DNA from: Candidatus Nomurabacteria bacterium
GTDB taxonomy: Bacteria; Patescibacteriota; Minisyncoccia; Phycocordibacterales; SBAW01
DNA: 64,000 bases
Direction of reading: 5' to 3'
NCBI GenBank assembly: GCA_943349945.1
Contig: CALQZS010000001.1
Span: forward strand, 130,803 to 194,802
Positions within the stretch are counted from its first letter, which is position 1. Each line of letters begins with the position of its first letter. The translations under genes were made by a program, and so were the position numbers. This document shows positions 56,126-64,000 of the stretch, piece by piece. The notes beneath the pieces are model-generated. The model had not been told where the DNA came from and made no database searches. It worked only from the letters and a program-made list of their open reading frames with translations.

Positions 56126-56410
56126 CTATTTTGTCTTAGCCGCTTTCTTACTGCCTGCCTGCGCAGACAGGCGCTCTTTGTGTGCTGCTGCGAGCATGAC
56201 CTTGCTTGCGCTGATAGGGTGCTGCTTGTCTATCACTTGGCCCTGCTGTCCTTCGCGACGAGGCTTTTGGTGCTTTTTGCGCATCCCTACCCCCTCCACA
56301 AGCACCATGCCAGTTTTTGGAAATACTTCCGTAACCTTGCCGGTCTTGCCCTTTTCGTTGCCCGAAAGGACGACCACCGCATCACCTTTTTTAATGTGTA
56401 GAGTATTCAT
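56126..56410 (-). CDS. rplX: 50S ribosomal protein L24
   Basis: KGDAVVVLSGNEKGKTGKV. Confidence 0.9.
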   Translation of the reverse strand: MNTLHIKKGDAVVVLSGNEKGKTGKVTEVFPKTGMVLVEGVGMRKKHQKPRREGQQGQVIDKQHPISASKVMLAAAHKERLSAQAGSKKAAKTK

Positions 56411-56421
56411 ATTGGTATGCG

Positions 56422-56802
56422 TTACACGACTTCTGGTGCGCGAGAGATAATAGTCTGGTAACCAAGCTCTTGCAGCTCGCGAGGTATTGGGCCAAAGATG
56501 CGACCTGCCTTTGGCTCTTTAGGACCCTTGCCGGTACCTTCGATAATAACCACGGCATTGTCGTCGAAGCGCAAGTACGAACCGTCTTTGCGACGAAATG
56601 GCTTGCGCTGGCGCACCACCACAGCCTTAAGCACGTCTTTTTTCTTGACCGCTTTGCGAGGCTCTGCAGTCTGCACAGACAACACCACTATCTCGCCTAT
56701 CTCTGCGTAGCGTTTCTTAGAACTTCCGGGAATCTTGAAAATGCGTCCAATCTTGGCGCCTGAGTTATCTGTAACTACAACGAGTGAGCGATCTTGAATC
56801 AT
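56422..56802 (-). CDS. rplN: 50S ribosomal protein L14
   Basis: MIQDRSLVVVTDNSGAK. Confidence 0.9.
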   Translation of the reverse strand: MIQDRSLVVVTDNSGAKIGRIFKIPGSSKKRYAEIGEIVVLSVQTAEPRKAVKKKDVLKAVVVRQRKPFRRKDGSYLRFDDNAVVIIEGTGKGPKEPKAGRIFGPIPRELQELGYQTIISRAPEVV

Positions 56803-56808
56803 ATAATT

Positions 56809-57054
56809 TTATGCAAACACAATTTCAAACGACTTACGCTTGGACAGCGGGCGGCACGAGCGGATGGTCACCTTCTCCCCTTCCTTGGCACGGTTGCCCG
56901 GGTTGTGCGCGTGGTATCGCTTGGTCTGGCGCATGTACTTTTTGTACTTAGGGTGCTTCACATAGCGCATCACCGACACCACAGCAGTATCCTGCATCTT
57001 GTCAGATACCACAGTGCCTTGGAGTGTTTTTTTGTTTGGGGTAGTTTTTTCCAT
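56809..57054 (-). CDS. rpsQ: 30S ribosomal protein S17
   Basis: LQGTVVSDKMQDTAVVSV... Confidence 0.9.
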   Translation of the reverse strand: MEKTTPNKKTLQGTVVSDKMQDTAVVSVMRYVKHPKYKKYMRQTKRYHAHNPGNRAKEGEKVTIRSCRPLSKRKSFEIVFA

Positions 57055-57055
57055 A

Positions 57056-57256
57056 TTACTTTGTGTCGACTGGGCGCAGCTGCAGCTCGGTCAAGCCTCG
57101 CGCAATGGTTTTGCGGAGAGTCCGAGCAAGCTTCACATTGCGATTTTTACTCCCTGCGACGGAAAAACGCAAGGTGCGCAGTTCTTCACGCTTGGCAGCA
57201 ACCAAGGTTTGTATGTCTTGTGGAGTATGCTTTTTGAGTGTTGTTTTTTTAGTCAT
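57056..57256 (-). CDS. rpmC: 50S ribosomal protein L29
   Basis: Start MTKKTT. ELRTLRFSVAG. Confidence 0.8.
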   Translation of the reverse strand: MTKKTTLKKHTPQDIQTLVAAKREELRTLRFSVAGSKNRNVKLARTLRKTIARGLTELQLRPVDTK

Positions 57257-57263
57257 GATGGTA

Positions 57264-57689
57264 TTAGTGGCCCGAGCGAGAAACAACTTTAGCCTTAAGT
57301 GGCAGCTTTTTAGCCGCACCTACAAGCGCTTTGGTAGCCACCGCGTCAGATACGCCGTCCACCTCGAACAAAACGCGGCCTGGCCAAATGTCTACCTCGT
57401 AGCCCACTGGGTCGCCCTTGCCTTTGCCGAGCTTAACCTCTGGAGGCTTCTGGGTAAAGGGCTTGTCTGGGAAGATGCGCACCCATGACTTGCCGGTTTT
57501 GCCCAAGTTGCGGGCAATAACCTTGCGGGCGCTCTCTATCTGGTTAGACCGCAAACGTGCGTGTGTTACCGCCTTGAGCGCATGGCTACCGAAGGCCACC
57601 GTAATACCACGAGACGCCACCATGTCTCGCTTGGGGTTGCGGCGCATAGTGTGCCATTTTCTAAATTTTACTTTTTTGGGGAATAACAT
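57264..57689 (-). CDS. rplP: 50S ribosomal protein L16
   Basis: MLFPKKVKFRKWH. Confidence 0.9.
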   Translation of the reverse strand: MLFPKKVKFRKWHTMRRNPKRDMVASRGITVAFGSHALKAVTHARLRSNQIESARKVIARNLGKTGKSWVRIFPDKPFTQKPPEVKLGKGKGDPVGYEVDIWPGRVLFEVDGVSDAVATKALVGAAKKLPLKAKVVSRSGH

Positions 57690-57706
57690 ACGGTTTTATA
57701 GATCGC

Positions 57707-58375
57707 TTACTCGTCCTTGCTGCCGGCAGCAAATACCTCGCCGCGGTAGATCCACACCTTGATGCCTATAACACCAAGCGGTAGGTTTGCGCGCTCGCGA
57801 GCATAGTCGATGTCTGAGCGGAAGGTTTGTAGCGGGATGCGGCCTTTCTTGAGCTCTTCTTTGCGTGACATAGAGCCGCCGCCGAGCATACCGCCCAAAG
57901 AGATACGCACACCCTTAACGTCGCGGTTTGCCATCACTTTTTCGATAGTCTGCTTGAGCACGCGGCGGAAAGGCATACGCTTTTCAAGCCCTTCGGCCAC
58001 CATGTAGGCCACAATAGCGGCGTTACTCTCGGGCGAGCGGATCTCTTCGATATCAAGCTTGATTTCCGGAGTTGGAAGTTTGCGTTTTGTAAGAAAAGAG
58101 ACGATTTTGTTTTTGAGCTTGAGTGAGCCCTCGCCTGAGCGGCCGATGATGAGGCCCGGGCGAGAGGTTTGTATCATGATGCGGAGTGTTTTTTCATTGC
58201 GCTCTATCTCGATGCCGCCAATGTGCATACCGCGAAGGTCTTTTTGCAAAAATTCACGGAGCAGGATGTCTGCTTTGAGATTCTGTTGGTACTTCTCGCC
58301 CACCGCAAACCAGCGATGACGCCAGTCACGCAAAATTCCTAAACGGTGTGCAAATGGGTGTACGATTTTAGACAT
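57707..58375 (-). CDS. rpsC: 30S ribosomal protein S3
   Basis: KH domain plus S3 C-terminal domain. Confidence 0.9.
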   Translation of the reverse strand: MSKIVHPFAHRLGILRDWRHRWFAVGEKYQQNLKADILLREFLQKDLRGMHIGGIEIERNEKTLRIMIQTSRPGLIIGRSGEGSLKLKNKIVSFLTKRKLPTPEIKLDIEEIRSPESNAAIVAYMVAEGLEKRMPFRRVLKQTIEKVMANRDVKGVRISLGGMLGGGSMSRKEELKKGRIPLQTFRSDIDYARERANLPLGVIGIKVWIYRGEVFAAGSKDE

Positions 58376-58379
58376 AATA

Positions 58380-58760
58380 TTATTTATCCTCCTCTGGCTG
58401 TGCCACAGAGGTTTTTGCTGCTTTTTTAGGCGCCTTTGGCCCTACGGTCAAAGTGATTTTGCTGCTCTTTTTGCGGATAGCCGATGCGCGACCGCGTGCG
58501 CGAGGCATCGAACGACGAAACACTACCCCACTGTTTACCTCGATAGTGGAGATAACCAGGTTTCGTGCGCCGCCCTCTATCCCAGCGTTTGCAACTGCAG
58601 ACTGGATGAGTTTTGCCATAGGCTCTGCGGCGCGCTTGGGCAAAGCAGAAAGCAGCGCGAGTGCGTGCTCCGCAGTTTTACCACGAACCAAGTCAGCAAC
58701 CAAGCGCACCTTGCGGGGCGACTGACGGTAGTTTTGAAGTGATGCGGTTGCGGTTGCCAT
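58380..58760 (-). CDS. rplV: 50S ribosomal protein L22
   Basis: 126 aa. Conserved position in operon. Confidence 0.9.
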   Translation of the reverse strand: MATATASLQNYRQSPRKVRLVADLVRGKTAEHALALLSALPKRAAEPMAKLIQSAVANAGIEGGARNLVISTIEVNSGVVFRRSMPRARGRASAIRKKSSKITLTVGPKAPKKAAKTSVAQPEEDK

Positions 58761-58763
58761 AAA

Positions 58764-59120
58764 TTATTTCTTCTTTGCAGCGTCCTTGGTGCTTGCGGCA
58801 GCCTTGGCAGCCTGGGCTGAAGCAATTTCAGACTCCTTGGCCTTTTGCTCCATCTCTTTCTGCATTTTACCGCCGTGACGTACGAACTTCTTGGTAGGAG
58901 AAAATTCGCCCAAACGGTGGCCTACCATGTCTTCCGATACCAAGACCTCGACGTGTACGCGGCCGTTGTAGACCCCAAATTTAAAGCCAACCATCTCTGG
59001 GGCAATCTGGGAGCGGCGTGCCCACGTCTTAATAACCGCTGCGGTTTGCGGCTTTTGCCCCTCAAGCTTTTTGAGGAGTTTTTCATCTACGTATGGGCCT
59101 TTTTTGAGACTGCGTGCCAT
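58764..59120 (-). CDS. rpsS: 30S ribosomal protein S19 with ~35-aa Lys/Ala-rich C-terminal extension
   Basis: Start [12 protein letters not shown]. Confidence 0.85.
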   Translation of the reverse strand: MARSLKKGPYVDEKLLKKLEGQKPQTAAVIKTWARRSQIAPEMVGFKFGVYNGRVHVEVLVSEDMVGHRLGEFSPTKKFVRHGGKMQKEMEQKAKESEIASAQAAKAAASTKDAAKKK

Positions 59121-59226
59121 GTTTTCGAAAATAAAACCCGCCAAGCGGGATTGGTGAGATAGTACAGGAAAGGGATTGAAGAGTCAACTAAAATGCAAAA
59201 CCCGGCTTTTTGCCGGGTTTTGTTTG

Positions 59227-60075
59227 TTACTGCTTCTTGCTTCGTTTGCCAACTTTGCGACGAGAGACGATAAGGTAGTTTGAATATTTCTTTGGAGAAC
59301 GGGTTTTTTGGCCCTTGCCCGATGGCTTACCCCAAAGGGTCTTTGCCCGGCGGAGACCGCGGCCCTGGCGGCCTTCACCGCCGCCGTGTGGGTGGTCTAC
59401 AGGGTTCATAGCGGTACCGCGCACAGTAGGGCGGATGCCCTTCCAGCGCGAGCGTCCTGCCTTGCCGAGTGTCACCAAGTGATGCTCGTCGTTGGACACC
59501 TCGCCCACTGTTGCCCAGCAAGTCTCCAACACTTTGCGTACCTCGCTGGATGGCATTTTGAGGTCTACATAGCCATTGTCGCGGGCAATAACCTCGATGT
59601 GTGTACCTGCCGAACGGCCAAGCTTGCCGCCGTTGCCGGGCTTGAGCTCGACGTTGTAGACAAAGCCACCGATAGGGATATTTTTAAGCTGTGTGCGGTT
59701 GCCGGGTGCAATTGGCGCATCCTCTGCAGTCACAATAGTGCTGCCGGCAATAACGGTGCCCGGGAGCAGTGCGTAGCGGCGCTCGCCGTCTTTGTAGAGC
59801 AAGAGGCCGATAAAGCCCGAGCGGTTTGGATCGTATTCGACAGTCTCCACAACTGCTGGGACGAGTTTTTTGTATGTAAAGTCTACCGCACGGTAGAGGC
59901 GTTTGTGTCCGCCGCCTTTGTGGCGCACGGTGATGCGGCCCGCGTTGTTGCGGCCCATGTAGCGTTTGCCGCCCTGGGTAAGGGCTTTGTGCGGCTCTGA
60001 CGCAGTCAGCTTGTCTTTAAAGCTGATGGTCGTCATGTGCCGACGTGATTTTGTGTATGGTTTGTATTTTTTCAT
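59227..60075 (-). CDS. rplB: 50S ribosomal protein L2
   Basis: 282 aa. GGGHKRLYR, HPHGGGEG. Confidence 0.9.
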   Translation of the reverse strand: MKKYKPYTKSRRHMTTISFKDKLTASEPHKALTQGGKRYMGRNNAGRITVRHKGGGHKRLYRAVDFTYKKLVPAVVETVEYDPNRSGFIGLLLYKDGERRYALLPGTVIAGSTIVTAEDAPIAPGNRTQLKNIPIGGFVYNVELKPGNGGKLGRSAGTHIEVIARDNGYVDLKMPSSEVRKVLETCWATVGEVSNDEHHLVTLGKAGRSRWKGIRPTVRGTAMNPVDHPHGGGEGRQGRGLRRAKTLWGKPSGKGQKTRSPKKYSNYLIVSRRKVGKRSKKQ

Positions 60076-60082
60076 ACGATTA

Positions 60083-60370
60083 TTACACTACTTCAATAGT
60101 CTCTCCTTTTTTGAGGTAGACGTAGGCTTTTTTGCCACCAGCAGTTTGCCCCATGCGGTTACTCCCGCGTGCGCGCACCTGTTTGCGAGGCAAAGTAACC
60201 ATGCGCACCAGACGAGGCATCACCTTGTACAGTTCATGTACTGCTGCAGCCACCTCAAACTTGTTTGCGCCAGGAGCTACGTTAAATACGTACGCACCTT
60301 GTGCAGACAGGTAGGCACCCTTTTCGGTAATGCGTGGCGAGAGGATAATTTTTCCAGTGTGTTTTTGCAT
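60083..60370 (-). CDS. rplW: 50S ribosomal protein L23
   Basis: 95 aa. Confidence 0.9.
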   Translation of the reverse strand: MQKHTGKIILSPRITEKGAYLSAQGAYVFNVAPGANKFEVAAAVHELYKVMPRLVRMVTLPRKQVRARGSNRMGQTAGGKKAYVYLKKGETIEVV

Positions 60371-60374
60371 AGTA

Positions 60375-61088
60375 TTATTGCGCCTTTACTATCTTTTTCT
60401 TCGACAGCGTCTCAAACGCAGCCTCAGGGTTGGCGATGATGAGGTACTTGGTGGAAAGGACGCTGAGTGGGTTTAGGTTACGCACCTCTTCCACCACTAC
60501 GTTACCGATGTTACCAAAGCTCTTCATGGTTGGGATATGTGCTACTGGCAAGGCCAGCAATGCTGCGTTGCGCTTTTTGTCGAGCGCAAACCCTGCCTTA
60601 GACAAGCCATGCATGATGTTTTTTGCCTGTGCAGTCTTTGGCACCTCAAGTTCGAGAGAGTCAACAAAAATAATCTCTCCGTCTTTTGCTTTGCGCGACA
60701 ACACCACGAGCAATGCCTTTTGGCGTGCCTGGCGGTTTATCTTTTGTGCGTAAATCTTTTCGTTGCGAGGACCGTGTGTCATACCGCCGCCCTTCCAAAT
60801 TGGAGAACGTGATGAACCATGGCGGGCACGGCCGGTGCCTTTTTGCTTCCAAGGCTTTTTGCCGCCGCCTTGCACCTCGCCACGGTCTTTGGTGTGCGCA
60901 ATAGGGCCGCGTGCATTTGCCTGCATCGCAGTGGTGGTCAAGTGCACCAAGTCAGCATTCCAAGGAAGGCCGAAGATGCTCTCGGGCAAGTCCACTGTCC
61001 CCTTCTGTACACCAGCACTGGTGTACAGTGGCGCTTGAAGCGCACCTGTAGGCATTTTTTCTTTTTTTGTTTTAGTAGTCTTTTCCAT
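60375..61088 (-). CDS. rplD: 50S ribosomal protein L4
   Basis: 237 aa. Confidence 0.9.
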   Translation of the reverse strand: MEKTTKTKKEKMPTGALQAPLYTSAGVQKGTVDLPESIFGLPWNADLVHLTTTAMQANARGPIAHTKDRGEVQGGGKKPWKQKGTGRARHGSSRSPIWKGGGMTHGPRNEKIYAQKINRQARQKALLVVLSRKAKDGEIIFVDSLELEVPKTAQAKNIMHGLSKAGFALDKKRNAALLALPVAHIPTMKSFGNIGNVVVEEVRNLNPLSVLSTKYLIIANPEAAFETLSKKKIVKAQ

Positions 61089-61102
61089 AAAAATATTCTG
61101 GT

Positions 61103-61768
61103 CTAGCCACGCACTTCGACAAGCGTGCCTGGGCGACCAGGTATTGCCCCCGCTATCACCAGCTCGTTTGTGCCAGGATGCACCTGCAGCACACGCAAAT
61201 TGCGCACTGTTACTTTGTCGCTACCCATGCGGCCTGCCATGCGCATACCCTTGGCCACACGACCGCCGGCACGACCACCGCCGCCGCCGATAGAACCAGG
61301 CGAGCGCTCGGAGTGCTTTTGACCGTGGGAGCGTGGGCCGCCGTGGAATCCATGGCGCTTTATAACACCTTGGAAGCCTTTACCTTTGGAGGTTGCCGAC
61401 ACCGTAACGGTGTCCCCTTCTGCAAAAGCCGACACATCGACTGTTGCACCTGCTTCAACGCCTGCAGGCAGTTGACCGTCGCGCTGGCGCATTTCTTTAA
61501 AGTGTTTGAGCGCTTTGCCCTTAGCGTGGCCAAGCTGTGCTTTGTTGACACGGACGTCTTTTGTTTCGACTGCGCCAATTTGCACCGCGTTGTAGCCGTC
61601 TTTTTCGACTGTTTTGACTTGAGTCACCAAAACGGGTGCTGCCACCACCACGGTTGCAGCAAAAGCCCGGCCGTCTTCTGTAAAGACGGTCGTCATTTTA
61701 CCTTTTGTGCCAAGTATAAATTTAACCATGTTGTCTATTGGTCCCTTCTGGGCAAGCGCCCGGGACAT
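61103..61768 (-). CDS. rplC: 50S ribosomal protein L3
   Basis: 221 aa. Confidence 0.9.
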   Translation of the reverse strand: MSRALAQKGPIDNMVKFILGTKGKMTTVFTEDGRAFAATVVVAAPVLVTQVKTVEKDGYNAVQIGAVETKDVRVNKAQLGHAKGKALKHFKEMRQRDGQLPAGVEAGATVDVSAFAEGDTVTVSATSKGKGFQGVIKRHGFHGGPRSHGQKHSERSPGSIGGGGGRAGGRVAKGMRMAGRMGSDKVTVRNLRVLQVHPGTNELVIAGAIPGRPGTLVEVRG

Positions 61769-61844
61769 GGATCAACTCTATGTGAGAGTCCAAGAGACTA
61801 TACACCAGGGCAATTTAGTATGCAAGGCCACGGGGCACACACAA

Positions 61845-61872
61845 CAAAACCCACCAAAATGGTGGGTTTTGT
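61845..61872. terminator. bidirectional hairpin plus T-run in rpsJ-rplC spacer
   Basis: aaaa cccacc aaaa tggtggg ttttg. Confidence 0.5.
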
Positions 61873-62071
61873 TGTAGAAATTTCTTTTATTGGTACTCGA
61901 TGCCACGACGTCCACCTTGGAAACCCTAAGAAAGACGTACCCTCGGGCTGTTTGAGACCCAATAAAAAAATCCGAGACATTCTCTCAGACGAAATTCTGA
62001 CTTGCTCGTGATCACGAACTAATGAGCAACTTTTATTGAGTATACAGCAAACCATACATGTTGCAAACAAA

Positions 62072-62100
62072 AAACTCCGCCAAAGCGGAGTTTTTTGTGG
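62072..62100 (-). terminator. intrinsic terminator directly after rpsJ
   Basis: Minus sense ACUCCGC uuug GCGGAGU UUUUUGUUUG. Confidence 0.7.
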
Positions 62101-62111
62101 ATAGAGGTTAC

Positions 62112-62483
62112 TTAGACCATTTTGACATCAATCGTCACACCCGATGGGAGCGACAAGTTTGTCAGCGCTTCAATAACTTTTGGCGCTGGGTCTAGGATGT
62201 CTATCAATCGTTTATGAATGCGCATCTCAAACTGCTCGCGTGCGTCTTTGTAGACGAAGGTTGAGCGGTTTACGGTGTACTTTTTTATCTCTGTAGGAAG
62301 CGGTATCGGGCCTGCAATTTTGGCATCATAGCGGAGCGCCGTGTCCATGATTTGGCGCACTGACGTATCAAGCACCTTGTGCTCGTAGGCACGTACTTTG
62401 ATGCGCAGACGCTGTACTTGGGCAGGAGCTGCTGCCTTGCGAGGCCGCTTTACGGGAGTCTTTTTTGTTTCTTCGGTAGCCAT
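62112..62483 (-). CDS. rpsJ: 30S ribosomal protein S10 with ~22-aa N-terminal extension
   Basis: QRLRIKVRAYEHKVLD... Confidence 0.9.
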   Translation of the reverse strand: MATEETKKTPVKRPRKAAAPAQVQRLRIKVRAYEHKVLDTSVRQIMDTALRYDAKIAGPIPLPTEIKKYTVNRSTFVYKDAREQFEMRIHKRLIDILDPAPKVIEALTNLSLPSGVTIDVKMV

Positions 62484-62588
62484 ATTTTTTATTGAGTCTA
62501 GTTCTCTCCGACCTTGCGGAGTAACCTATACCCGGTTAGCTTACTCACTAATAACAGTACGCAACTTCTATTTAATTTAAAATAGTCG

Positions 62589-63788
<1,200 letters not shown>

Positions 63789-64000
63789 ATACTAACTACT
63801 TCTAAATCGATTAATAAGTGCCGAGATTAAACCCTTCGTTTGCCATACATCCGCCCCAAGGGAGCTAGATTTCTGAACAAACAAACAGGGCAAACAAAGG
63901 AAAACCACGCACGGATGCGTTCTCGCCATGATAGCAAACCCACACAAAGAGTCAATGCGCCCACCCCTATCCGGGAGTAGGCGCATCGCGCTTTTTAGAG

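Overview
This 64-kb window reads like a small-genome, Patescibacteria/CPR-like bacterium, though that affiliation is an inference. The gene content supporting it: many type IV pilins, S14 type Z, no L30 between S5 and L15, long ribosomal-protein extensions, tRNA-Ile(UAU), and strong RBSs with frequent intrinsic terminators. Everything below comes from reading the six-frame track and raw sequence by eye. No searches were run.

Layout:
- 1-12.8 kb: a type IV pilus / competence cluster. It has six prepilin-type genes (one truncated at the window edge), pilD, pilC, pilT, pilB, pilM/N/O and comFC. A REP-flanked RAYT (IS200-like Y1 transposase) sits inside it, and a GcrA-like regulator lies next to it.
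- 13.4-22.7 kb: accessory genes (Ham1, DUF1295, DUF2177, SOUL, fasciclin, PCD, FAD oxidase, frameshifted YdjM-like, photolyase-related, DUF2892).
- 22.6-23.2 kb: two divergent Ser-type tRNAs, one with an apparent ACU anticodon, plus tRNA 3'-end-like fragments.
- 24-31.6 kb: Fic, Maf, then an envelope operon on the minus strand (ECF sigma, DUF5667-like, ABC transporter, hypothetical, L,D-transpeptidase/D,D-carboxypeptidase fusion).
- 31.6-32.9 kb: an RNA-rich locus. A consensus promoter drives a long structured leader, a 130-aa ORF, and a complete type-III hammerhead ribozyme motif, ending in a terminator. This is the most unusual feature found.
- 32.9-46.4 kb: malic enzyme, recG, tRNA-Ile(UAU), pyrB, pyrD-like, ftsH, smpB, a repeat-flanked GIY-YIG insertion, tmRNA, infC (AUU start), rpmI, rplT, a LOG-like gene and a beta-CASP MBL RNase.
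- 46.6-48.4 kb: a second RAYT with three copies of a different REP hairpin.
- 48.4-63.8 kb: ndk, map, adk, gmk, secY and the spc/S10 ribosomal operons, interrupted by an oppositely oriented RlpA-like gene with a perfect sigma70-type promoter, ending at tuf.
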